DNA of 32,000 nucleotides from Bifidobacterium longum subsp. longum JCM 1217 (GCF_000196555.1 NC_015067.1:1620001-1652000), one strand, 5' to 3'. Positions 12,601 through 21,409 are shown, counted from the stretch's first letter. The notes: a model not told the origin generated them from the letters alone. Numbers and translations are program-made.

Positions 12601-13167
12601 TCAGTTGTTCTCGCGGCCGGTGTAGGAACCGTCCTCGGTGTTGATCTTGACGCGGTCGCCCTCATTGATGAACAGCGGGACCTGAATCTCGGCTCCGGTC
12701 TCAACGGTGGCCGGCTTGGTGCCGGCGTTGGAGCGGTTGCCCTGCAGGCCCGGCTCGGTGTGGGTGATGGTCAGGACCACGGAGCCCGGCAGATCGACGC
12801 TCAGCGGGGTGCCGTCGTGGAAGGAGACCAGGCAGTCGGTGCCTTCGAGCAGGAACTTGGCCTTGTCGCCCAGAAGGGTCTTCGGAACCATGATCTGATC
12901 GTAGGTGGTCATGTCCATGAACACGAAGTTGTCACCGTCCTCGTAGGAGTACTGGAGAGTGCGGTTGTCCACGGTCTCGAATTCCATCTTCATGCCCGCG
13001 TTGAAGGTCTTGTCGACGATCTTGCCGGAGAGCACGTTCTTGATGGTGGTGCGCACGAAGGCGGGGCCCTTGCCCGGCTTGACGTGCTGGAACTTCATGA
13101 CGGTCCACAGCTGCCCGTCGAGGTTCAGGACGGATCCGTTCTTGATGTCGTTAGTAGTCTGTGCCAC
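12601..13167 (-). CDS. efp: Elongation factor P
   Basis: [44 protein letters not shown] prefer the GTG at 13167 (AGGTG 5 nt upstream) over the GTG at 13176 used by the ORF track. Confidence 0.93.
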   Translation of the reverse strand: MAQTTNDIKNGSVLNLDGQLWTVMKFQHVKPGKGPAFVRTTIKNVLSGKIVDKTFNAGMKMEFETVDNRTLQYSYEDGDNFVFMDMTTYDQIMVPKTLLGDKAKFLLEGTDCLVSFHDGTPLSVDLPGSVVLTITHTEPGLQGNRSNAGTKPATVETGAEIQVPLFINEGDRVKINTEDGSYTGRENN

Positions 13168-13271
13168 GTTATTCACCTATTTCAAATTCAAACTAGCTTA
13201 GGCAAAGCCCAAAAATTGCCTCGGCTATTATGCCACACCGGGTATACAGGAAGTGAACGCTGGGGTTTCCC

Positions 13272-14060
13272 ATGTGCCCCCGGCTAGACTGGATGAATAT
13301 GCGATCCTTCTTCGAAGCCATATCCGTGTCCTGCGTCATCCCCGCGCAATCGCCGGCGGACGACGAACGCACGGTGTTCGAGAACCTGTCCTTTGCTGTG
13401 GAGCGCGGCGAGATCGTCGATCTGGTGGGACCGTCCGGCTCCGGCAAGTCGAGTCTGTTGACCGCGTGCGCCCGGCTCAACCCGCATGCGCACGGCGCGT
13501 TCGCCCTTGAAGGCAAGGGCAGCGGCGAGTTCACGCCGCAGCAGTGGCGGCGGGATGTCGCCTACCTGCCGCAGAAGCCGATTCTGACGGGCAAGAACGT
13601 GGCCGAGGCGATCCGCCTGCCCTGGACGCTCGCGATTCGCGGCAAGGGCGGCAAGGGCGAGCATCTGCTGCCCGACGAGCGCATCCGCACGACGTTGGAC
13701 GCGATGGGCTGCGAGGACATCGATCTGGAGCGCGCCCCGCACGACCTGTCCGGCGGCCAGGCGGCCCGCGTGGCCCTGGCCCGCACACTGCTCACCGATC
13801 CGAAGGTGCTGCTGGCCGACGAGGTAGATGCCGGTCTCGACGACGACAACGCGGCCAAGGTGGCTACAATCATGGCGGACGCGGCCGCACACGGCATGGC
13901 GATCATCCGCATCCGCCACCGTCCGCCGGACGGACGGGCCACCCGCACGCTGACACTGGACAAGGGGCGGCTGACCGAACACGAGATGACGGATCCGGCG
14001 GCGCAGGACGCGAACGCGGTGTCTGCCGGCGCCGATGAAAATGAGGAGACGCAGGCATGA
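13272..14060 (+). CDS. ABC transporter ATP-binding protein, FetA/YbbL-like
   Basis: Walker A GPSGSGKSS, signature LSGGQAARVALARTL, Walker B LLADEVDAGLD. The start is uncertain (ATGs at 13272, 13293 and 13299). The stop overlaps the next start (ATGA). Confidence 0.8.
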   Translation: MCPRLDWMNMRSFFEAISVSCVIPAQSPADDERTVFENLSFAVERGEIVDLVGPSGSGKSSLLTACARLNPHAHGAFALEGKGSGEFTPQQWRRDVAYLPQKPILTGKNVAEAIRLPWTLAIRGKGGKGEHLLPDERIRTTLDAMGCEDIDLERAPHDLSGGQAARVALARTLLTDPKVLLADEVDAGLDDDNAAKVATIMADAAAHGMAIIRIRHRPPDGRATRTLTLDKGRLTEHEMTDPAAQDANAVSAGADENEETQA

Positions 14061-14857
14061 GCGGCGATCTGGGCAATTCCTACAACATCGATATCTGGGG
14101 TCTGCTCATCGCGCTGGGCATGGTGGCCGTGGCGGCCATCATCAGCGAACTGATGCACATGGGCATCGGCAAGACCCTGATGTGGTCATCGTGCCGCGCA
14201 TTGGTGCAGCTGTGCGCCATGGGCTTCATCATCGGCTACGTGATCCGGTCGAACAGCGTATGGATGGTGTTCGCCCTGATGGCGGTCATGCTGGTGGCGG
14301 CCGTGCAGATCGTGATGTCCCGCGCACGCGGCATCCCCAAGGGCCTTGCCGGGCCGATCTTCCTGAGCCTGGTCATCACCATGCTGCTGATGCTGGCGCT
14401 GGTCACCGAGCTCATCGTGCGCCCGCACCCGTGGTACGCGCCCCAGCTGGTGGTGCCCCTGACCGGCATGCTGCTGGGCAACACCGTAACCGCCTTGGCG
14501 GTGGGATTGAGCCGTTTCTACGAGAGCATGGAGGAGCGGCGTGACGAGGTGGATATGATGCTGGCGCTGGGAGCGACCCCATGGGAGTCGGCCCGCCCGT
14601 CCATCGTCTCGTCGATTCGCCTGGGCCTGCTGCCCACCACCGCCTCGCTGGCGTCCAGCGGCATCGTGACGATCCCGGGCATGATGGCCGGTCAGGTGAT
14701 CGCCGGCGGCGACCCGCTCAACGCCGCCAAGTACCAGTTCGTGGTCCTCGACGCCATCGCCGCGCTGACCCTGCTGGCCGACGGCCTGATCATGGTCATG
14801 ATCTACCGCACCTGCTTCACCGCCGACGACCAATACCGCCCGCCCGAAGCGCGCTAA
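14057..14857 (+). CDS. UPF0014/FetB(YbbM)-like ABC exporter permease
   Basis: 266 aa, multi-TM, with PLTGMLLGNTVTA...LALGATPWES...IPGMMAGQVIAGGDPLNAAKYQ, as I remember the YbbM family. Coupled to the preceding ATPase. Confidence 0.8.
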   Translation: MSGDLGNSYNIDIWGLLIALGMVAVAAIISELMHMGIGKTLMWSSCRALVQLCAMGFIIGYVIRSNSVWMVFALMAVMLVAAVQIVMSRARGIPKGLAGPIFLSLVITMLLMLALVTELIVRPHPWYAPQLVVPLTGMLLGNTVTALAVGLSRFYESMEERRDEVDMMLALGATPWESARPSIVSSIRLGLLPTTASLASSGIVTIPGMMAGQVIAGGDPLNAAKYQFVVLDAIAALTLLADGLIMVMIYRTCFTADDQYRPPEAR

Positions 14858-14863
14858 TCAGCT

Positions 14864-14928
14864 AAGCTCCCTCTGATAAGCTCCCTCTGACGAGGGAGCT
14901 GTCGAACGCAACGAGACTGAGCGAGAGA
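14864..14928 (+). repeat. Intergenic hairpin repeat, copy 1 of a dispersed family
   Basis: Tandem aagctccctctga x2 (14864-14876, 14878-14890). Hairpin AGCTCCCTC-tgac-GAGGGAGCT (14879-14900). Homologous to the minus strand of 27565-27635: 10/12, 20/23 and 11/13 identities in three blocks. Confidence 0.65.
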
Positions 14929-14933
14929 CCACC

Positions 14934-15641
14934 CTACGCGATGGTGACCAGCGTGCCGTCCGGCACCTGGTCATAGAACCATTGCGCGTCGGCCACAGTC
15001 AGGCGCACGCAGCCGTGCGAGGCGGGCTGGCCGAGTTTGGCACCCTCCTCCGGCAGATAGTCGCCGAAGGCCTCGCCGGTCGGCACCGAGTGGAACAGGT
15101 ACGAACCGTAGAACTGCACCCAATAGTCGGCGCCCATGCCTTCTTCGGCATTGTAGAAGTGTTCGCCGCGTGTATCGATGGTGTACGAGCCGTGCGGGGT
15201 GGCGTCGTCGACGCCGGTACTGGCGATCATCGTATAAATGGTCTGGCCACCGGACTTGACGTACACCCGTTGTTTGGCGAGACTGACCTCCACGCTCAGG
15301 TCGGAGTACTGGGATAGGTCGGGCTGTTTGCCGGTCGGCCCCTTCCAGTCCACGCTTTGCGCGGCTTTGTCATCGCCGTTCTGCGTGTTCTGCGTCTTCC
15401 GCGACCCGCCCTGTTTGCCGCTATCGGGAACCTGCTTGCGGGTAACGGCCGTGGGCTCGTTCGCCGCTGCGGTTGCGGCGGCGGATGCGGTGTCGGCTCG
15501 CGGCCAGCTGCGCTGCGCCGCCGCGGTCTCGACTCCGGCGCCGATCAGGCAGAACAGGATACAGCAGGCGACCACTCCGCGCCGAATCGCGTAGACCCGA
15601 TCGTGACTCCAATTCACGTTCAACGTCGGCAGCCTCACCAT
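14934..15641 (-). CDS. L,D-transpeptidase (YkuD domain), membrane-anchored
   Basis: C-terminal catalytic block LGQPASHGCVRLTVADAQWFY. Start trimmed to the ATG at 15641 (MVRLPTLNVNWSHDRVYAIRRGVVACCILFCLIGAG, a TM anchor). Confidence 0.85.
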   Translation of the reverse strand: MVRLPTLNVNWSHDRVYAIRRGVVACCILFCLIGAGVETAAAQRSWPRADTASAAATAAANEPTAVTRKQVPDSGKQGGSRKTQNTQNGDDKAAQSVDWKGPTGKQPDLSQYSDLSVEVSLAKQRVYVKSGGQTIYTMIASTGVDDATPHGSYTIDTRGEHFYNAEEGMGADYWVQFYGSYLFHSVPTGEAFGDYLPEEGAKLGQPASHGCVRLTVADAQWFYDQVPDGTLVTIA

Positions 15642-15699
15642 ATGCCTCTTCTCACCACAAAGACCATTCGGGTCGATTGTAAACAGGCATTGCGACGCC

Positions 15700-16258
15700 C
15701 TACGCCTCGGTTTCAGCCGTGATCTCGACTGCAGGAACGGCATCGTCCGGGGAATCTTCGCCCGACGCCGGCACCGTCCAGCGCCGCCGCAGCAGCATCC
15801 ACAGGCCGATGAAGCACAGGAGCCCACCGGTACGGTGGTAGACACTCATCTCCTGAGTGAGTCGCTGCACGCGGTCGGCAATCTGGCGCGTACGGGTATG
15901 CGATTTGACGATGGAGAAACGTGAGACGCACAGCATCGCGTAGTACACGGCGCTCACGATGAACAGCACGGACATCGTCCACAATCCCATCGCCAGTTTG
16001 ACGATGGCCATAATGCCGCCGAGCGTTGTGGAGAAGGCGACGGCCAGTGCGACTTTGTCGTTGTTTTCCATGGCGCCCAGGATGTTCAGCGTGGTGGATT
16101 TGCCGGCGCCGGATGCGCCGAGGAGACTGCCTGGCCATTCCTGCAACCGGTCCTGTTCCCCGGCGAGCCGGATATCGACTCCATCGCCGATCCGGCCGAA
16201 CGTAAACGCCGCATCCTTCTGAAGCAGTTCTACGTTTCCGGCATCATCGGCACATTCC
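15700..16258 (-). pseudogene. Chimeric remnant: ABC ATPase N-terminal fragment fused to a membrane-protein fragment
   Basis: The frame reads ...DAGNVELLQKDAAFTFGRIGDGVDIRLAGEQDRLQEWPGSLLGASGAGKSTTLNILGAME (Walker A). It then switches near 16065 to hydrophobic NNDKVALAVAFSTTLGGIMAIVKLAMGLW... with no Q-loop, signature or Walker B. There is no ATG for the ATPase part, and a TAG lies at about 16259-16261. Confidence 0.6.
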
Positions 16259-16479
16259 GTGCAGCGCTAAGCGGCTCGATCATGACCACCCCCACCGAGA
16301 TCGGGCACTTTGTCTCCGAAGAACTGCTCCCCCGCATCGCGCCGCATATGCAAATGCCATCGCAATCGGAAACAGCGCAGCAGCCAGCGGCATCACCGCA
16401 AGCCCAGTAGCGAGGTCAACCCACAGCTGGCGGCGCGGGAAACAGGTCGCGCCGCCCAGTACGCGAATCCGGCGAGCTT

Positions 16480-17256
16480 CTACCGAGTCGCGAGGAAGAA
16501 GAAACGCGGGAAGGGGAAGATGATGCTGCCGTCCGACTGTGTGGGGTATTCCTCGCGGACCTGGGCGAACACTTCGCCCTCGAACTTCTTGCGGCTGGCG
16601 TCGTCAAGCGCCTGCAGATACGGACGCATGCCGGTGCCGCGATACCAGTCCATAATCGCCTCATGCGAGGGCAGCGTGTGCATGTACGTGACCTTCCACA
16701 TGCGGAAGGCGCTGGCATGCGCATGCAGCAGCTCCCAGTATTCGGGCGGCGTGAGGTTGTAGAACTCGCGTTGCTGCGGCAGCTTGTCCGCGAACGCGGG
16801 CGAGTGCACGATACCACCGATGATGCGGTGAATCGGCTCCTCATAGTTCATCGGCGTCTGCACAGCCAGCACTCCCCCGACCCTGAGCCGGGCGAGCAGT
16901 CCGGGAATCAGATGCGGATGGTCCGGCACCCATTGGATGCAGGCATTGGAGAAGACCACGTCGAAGTCGGCCGGCAGCTCGTCCAGCCGCGCGGACACGT
17001 CGCACAGCTGGAAATCGATGTCGGGATAGGTTTTGCGCGCTGTCTCGATCATGACCGGCGAGCTGTCGACGCCGAGAATCTTGGCATGGGGATAGCGCTC
17101 GCGCAGCACGGCCGTGCTGTTGCCCGGCCCGCAGCCAATATCCAGCACGCGCGTGACGCTGCCGTCGTCCGGCGGCAGCTGCATCGCCAGATCACGCGCC
17201 GGCTGCGTGCGCTCCCGTTTGAATCGCAGATACTGTTCCGAATCCCAGGTAACCAT
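16480..17256 (-). CDS. tam: Trans-aconitate 2-methyltransferase-like SAM-dependent methyltransferase
   Basis: MVTWDSEQYLRFKRERTQPARDL... with SAM motif VLDIGCGPGNST, and a length of about 258 aa as in Tam. ATG at 17256 preferred over the GTG at 17265. Confidence 0.8.
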   Translation of the reverse strand: MVTWDSEQYLRFKRERTQPARDLAMQLPPDDGSVTRVLDIGCGPGNSTAVLRERYPHAKILGVDSSPVMIETARKTYPDIDFQLCDVSARLDELPADFDVVFSNACIQWVPDHPHLIPGLLARLRVGGVLAVQTPMNYEEPIHRIIGGIVHSPAFADKLPQQREFYNLTPPEYWELLHAHASAFRMWKVTYMHTLPSHEAIMDWYRGTGMRPYLQALDDASRKKFEGEVFAQVREEYPTQSDGSIIFPFPRFFFLATR

Positions 17257-17307
17257 GCTCCCCACGCTAATCAGCCATTCACATATCGGCCGATATTATC
17301 TCACAAT

Positions 17308-17947
17308 TCAGCCGAGCAGGGCGTCGCGGCGGGCGATGAGCCCGTCAATCGCGGCCTCGCCTTCGATGACGGTGAAGGTCAGGGACTTGCGTTCGCTGGC
17401 CTGCGGGGCGATGGCGTGCAGGTCGCCGCGCTGCTCGTGCCAGCCTCGGCCGTGGACGCTGGAGTTCGAGGGTTCGAGGCCGACCACGTAGTCGCCCGCA
17501 CCCGTCGACTTCCATTCCATGAAGTATGGGAAGAGGCTGGCGTCGAAGTCGATGACGACTCCGAGTCCGAGCTTGCGGTTGACCACGGCGGCGAAGCTGC
17601 GGCCGTTCTCGTCGGCGGCGAGCTCGTGCAGGTACACGCTTTCGGGACTGATCGTCGCGGAAGGATTCGTTGGTCACCTCATCCTCGACCGTGATCGACA
17701 GCCGGCCGTACACGCTGGTGATTGTGCGACGCAGTACGAGGTTCTCGCCGCGGTATTCGAACTGGCAGACGTCGAGGGCGCGGTCGGCCATGGACACGAA
17801 ACGCAACGGACCGTTCTTCACCTCGATGGCCTTGAGGCCGTGGGCTCGGCCTTCCTAGTATTCGATCGGGCGCACGTAGGCGGCCTGCTGAAGGCTGCCC
17901 ATATGGGCCAGCATGTCGGCTCGCGTGCTGTGTTCTGTGGACGTCAT
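17308..17947 (-). pseudogene. DUF4432 / aldose-1-epimerase-like pseudogene
   Basis: The ATG at 17947 gives MTSTEHSTRADMLAHMGSLQQAAYVRPIEY, followed by an in-frame TAG (17855-17857). The sequence then continues EGRAHGLKAIEVKNGPLRFVSMADRALDVCQFEYRG|ENLVLRRTITSVYGRLSITVEDEVTNESF. A frameshift near 17640-17660 leads into ...SVYLHELAADENGRSFAAVVNRKLGLGVVIDF...DYVVGLEPSN. Total length is about 210 codons, against roughly 330-350 as I recall for intact members. Confidence 0.75.
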
Positions 17948-17976
17948 CGTCGTCACCGATCCTTGATATTTATGCC

Positions 17977-18951
17977 TCACGCCTGCGCAGCGGCGGCATC
18001 CGCGGCGTCGTTCTTCAGCGCGCGCAGCAGGGCCTTGTTGCGGGATTCGATGATGCGCTTGCCGTCCTCGCCCTGCCAGGAGAAGAAGCCCTGGCCGGTT
18101 TTGGCGCCGAGATTGCCTTCCCTGACCTTCTCGGCGAGCAGCGGGCTCGGGCCGGTGCCGTTGTCCATATCGTCGAACAGGTAAGTGCTGATGTTATAGA
18201 ACACATCGAGGCCGCCGAGGTCGATGCTGGCGAGGGGGCCGACCAGATTCCAGCGACGGCCGAGACTGTACTTCATCACGTCGTCCACGGTGGCCGCGTC
18301 CGCGATGCCCTGCTGGACGATGTAGAACGCCTCACGCAGCACGGCCAGTTGCAGGCGATTGCCCACAAAGCCCAGCGATTCCTTCTTGATCTTCGCCGGC
18401 TTCTTGCCGATCTTGGCCATGAGGTCGAAGGTGATGTCCACTACCTTCGGGTCGGTCTTCTCACCCGGCACCACTTCGACCAGCGGCATCAACTGCGCGG
18501 GGTTCCAGAAGTGCGCCACCACGAAGCGCTCGGGGTGCCCCATCACCGACTGCAGCGCGGTGGGGCTCAGGCCGGAGGTGTTCGTGGACAGAATCGCGTC
18601 CTTGGGGGCGGCGTGCTCCACTTCGGTCCAGACGGACTTCTTGATGTCAAGGTTCTCGGCCACGGATTCGATGACGAAGTCCACGTCCGCCACGCCGCTT
18701 GCATAGTCGGCGTAACCGGTGATGCGGGCCAGCACCGCGTCCACGGTGTCGCCGTCCTTGAGCAGTCCGGCTTCGGCGAAGTCCTCGGCATCCGAACGAA
18801 TCGCCTTCATCGCCTTCTCCAGCGAGGCCTCGCCGCGGCCGACCAGATGCACCGGATATCCGGCCAACGCGAACTGCAACGTGATCGCGTGGCCCATGGT
18901 TCCCGTGCCGACGTTCGCAATCGTCTTGATATCGTCCACTGTCTCAATCAC
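17977..18951 (-). CDS. 3-hydroxyacyl-CoA dehydrogenase family NAD-binding protein
   Basis: 324 aa with Rossmann VGTGTMGHAI and downstream STNTSGL / HFWNPAQLMPLVEV / GFVGNRL blocks typical of HBD/HADH-type enzymes. GTG start behind AAGGGG. Confidence 0.85.
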   Translation of the reverse strand: MIETVDDIKTIANVGTGTMGHAITLQFALAGYPVHLVGRGEASLEKAMKAIRSDAEDFAEAGLLKDGDTVDAVLARITGYADYASGVADVDFVIESVAENLDIKKSVWTEVEHAAPKDAILSTNTSGLSPTALQSVMGHPERFVVAHFWNPAQLMPLVEVVPGEKTDPKVVDITFDLMAKIGKKPAKIKKESLGFVGNRLQLAVLREAFYIVQQGIADAATVDDVMKYSLGRRWNLVGPLASIDLGGLDVFYNISTYLFDDMDNGTGPSPLLAEKVREGNLGAKTGQGFFSWQGEDGKRIIESRNKALLRALKNDAADAAAAQA

Positions 18952-19051
18952 GGAGACCCCTTCTTTCCGGCGGTTCGTCTGGCGTTGGTGTACGCATGAA
19001 CAGCACCGTGCCGTTATGCGTTTGTTCGCATTCTATGCCGATTTCGCTACG

Positions 19052-19160
19052 TGAACATTTGCTGAACATTTCGCGGATTCGACTAGTACAAATCCCCATA
19101 TCAGCACAAAAACGTGGTGCCGCAACACCGAAGTGTTACAGCACCACGCTGAAATGTTCA
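19052..19160. promoter_or_regulatory. Three copies of the 9-mer TGAACATTT (two direct with 11-bp phasing, one inverted)
   Basis: Exact copies at 19052-19060 and 19063-19071, with the reverse complement at 19152-19160. They lie 100-210 nt upstream of the dehydrogenase-like gene start (18951). Confidence 0.3.
19108..19145 (-). terminator. Rho-independent terminator downstream of the GH31 remnant
   Basis: The minus strand reads GGTGCTGTAACAC-TTCG-GTGTTGCGGCACC (11/13 paired), followed by ACGTTTTTG. Confidence 0.6.
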
Positions 19161-20992
19161 TGTCGTTACGCTGCCGTCGCGCACCCACAGCGGAATCGAT
19201 AGGAAACCTCACCGGAGTAGGTGAACACGGGGGCGACCAGCATGGACGGACCGAACATATACTGACGGTCCAGCGTGCGGCATGCCGGGTCATCGGGGAA
19301 TTCCACGAACATGGAACGCATGACCGGAGTACCGTTCGCATGAGGCTGCAGGCCAAGCTGGTAGACATACGGCATGAGTTCAAGCTTGAGCTTGGTGAAC
19401 TCGCGCACCACATCCACGGCGGTCTGGCCGGGCACCAATGCGACGCCGTTCTTCTCGTCTTCCTCGTCGAACAGCCACGGCACACGGTACACGGTGGAAC
19501 CGTGCAGTCGCGAGTGGGAGCCGAGCATGCCGAACGCCACCCAACGCTTGTAGACGGCCGGGTCCGGGAACGCGCCCTCGAAACCGCCGATGTCGTGACT
19601 CCAGAAGCCGAAGCCGGAGGAGGTCAGCGACAGGCCGGCACGCAGGGACTGGGCCATGCCATTGAAGGTGGATTCGCAGTCACCGCCCCAGTGCACGGGC
19701 TGCTGCTGGCCGCCGACCGTCGCGGAGCGCGCATACAGGCAGGCGTTGCCCTTGCCGTAGGTTTCTTCGATGGCTTCGAACACGGCCTGGTTGTACAGCT
19801 GGGTGTACCAGTTGTGCATGGAGAGCTTCGGAGAGCCGTCATACCAGACGACGTCGCGCGGGATGCGCTCGCCGAAATCGGTCTTGATGGCGTCCACGCC
19901 CTGATTCAGCAGGGCCTTGACCTTGTCCTTGAACCATTCACGGGCGGCCGGGTTGGTGAAGTCCACCAAGCCCATGCCGGCCTGCCAGAAGTCGGTCTGC
20001 CAGACTTCGCCATTGGGCTTGCGCACCAGATAGCCCTTGTCTTCGTGCAGGCGCTTCAGCGTGGATTCGATGTCGCCGAAGAAACGCTTGTCCCACTCGA
20101 AATCGCACCAATGGAACTCGCGCATCCAGTAGCAGTCGTAGTGGAAGGCGGCCAGCGGAATATCACGCTCGGCCATACCGTCGATGAAGGAGTTGATGGT
20201 GGCCTCGGTGTTCTCGGAACCGATCTCAAAGGAGACATGGCCGCGGTTGTTGACCAGTACGCCATACCCATTGGAGGTCATGTAGAACGGGATGTCCTTG
20301 TAGCCCTGCTCGGAAGCAGTGCCGCCATCCTCATTCCAGATGTCGACGCTCTGACCATTCTTCACGTAAGCGCCGAAGCGTTCGCCCAAGCCGTATACGT
20401 CTTCGCCAACCGACAGATGCAGCTGGATGGCAATGAACACGTCGGATTCATCACGGGCGGAACCGTCCATGGTCACACCGAATTCGCTGACCGGCTGGGC
20501 GGTGACGTTCGATTCGGCACCGAGCTTGAATCGGCCCAGCGACTTGCCTGCGGACTCAGTGAGCACCTTGCCGTCCTCGCCGATGAAGGTCAGGTTCCAG
20601 GGGGCGCCCTTGACGACCTTCACGGTAAGTCCGCCAGTGGTCAGCGTGACATCCGCGCCATTGACGCCAACTTCGCCGTCGCCATTGCCGTTCGCCTGAA
20701 CGGTCACGTAATCACGGTTGCCGGGTTCGTCGGCATTGAGCGGGAATCCGGGGTATTCGGTGGCGCCTTGCCAGTGTTCGGCACACACACGAATCACGCC
20801 TTCCGCAGGTGTGGTGATGTCCACATTGAATGTGGGCAGGTTCAGGGTATCGTATCGGCCGCGCACCACGGAGGTCGGGGCGAGGACGTTGAGGCTTTCG
20901 GTGGTGGCATCCGCCGCCAGTTCGTAGGCTTCACGAGCGTAGAGGGCGTCGACGCCGTCACGAATCATCCAGTAGCCGTTGGTGAACTTCAT
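19158..20992 (-). pseudogene. GH31 alpha-xylosidase/alpha-glucosidase (YicI-like) with multiple deletion scars
   Basis: The N-domain and catalytic blocks KTDFGERIP and VHWGGD are present. About 58 aa are missing at GSEN|TEATINSFIDGMAE (junction about 20209) and about 25 aa at KRLHE|DKGYL (about 20041). The C-terminus is scrambled: ...FTYSGEVSYRFRCGCATAA*, with SIPLWVRDGSVTT* in the +1 frame. The distal roughly 120-aa domain is absent. Confidence 0.8.
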
Positions 20993-21103
20993 TGTTGCTG
21001 CTCCTTGGTGGAGAGGTGGTTTCGACCGCCAGGGAACAAGGCAGCCGAAACCAAAATCAATATGTGCTGCTTGTTGATTGAATTGCCTGTTGTGCGAATG
21101 ACC

Positions 21104-21409
21104 TTACTTCACCGCGCCGGTGGTGATGCCGTACCAGTCGCCGGAGCCCATCATGCCTTGCTCATCGTACTTGCCGGTGTCGGCCAAGGAACCGGTGATA
21201 ATCTTGTCCCAGCCATATTCGGACACGTAATCGTTGAGGTTGGTGAGCAGGCCTTGGCTGGCGAGCAGGCCGGACGTGGCGTTGCCCTTGTTGTATTCCG
21301 TAACGTCCGGAGCGTCGTCGGAGTTGAGGACCTGGGAGGCGTTCTGGCGAATCTGTTCGAAGGCCTTCTTCTCGAATTCGACCTTGACGCCGGTCTCACA
21401 CATTTTCAT
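21104..21409 (-). pseudogene. Sugar ABC solute-binding-protein internal fragment fused to a MalG-type permease C-terminal tail
   Basis: The product reads ...TGVKVEFEKKAFEQIRQNASQVLNSDDAPDVTEYNKGNATSGLLASQGLL...GSGDWYGI, which is family-1 SBP-like, with no signal or lipobox. It is then joined to TTGAVK*, the same C-terminal hexapeptide that ends the permease at 23811 (..KGVTTGAVK*). Confidence 0.7.

Noticed and set aside
14864-14890. Possible CRISPR or minisatellite from the tandem 13-mer
   Set aside because: There are only two adjacent copies separated by 1 nt, with no spacers and no cas genes. It is better explained as part of the hairpin repeat element.
16663-17694. 343-aa plus-strand ORF opposite tam and the DUF4432 remnant, and the 150-aa ORF 16310..16762
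   Set aside because: No motifs and an Arg/His-rich composition. The opposite strand carries the recognisable methyltransferase and DUF4432 sequences.
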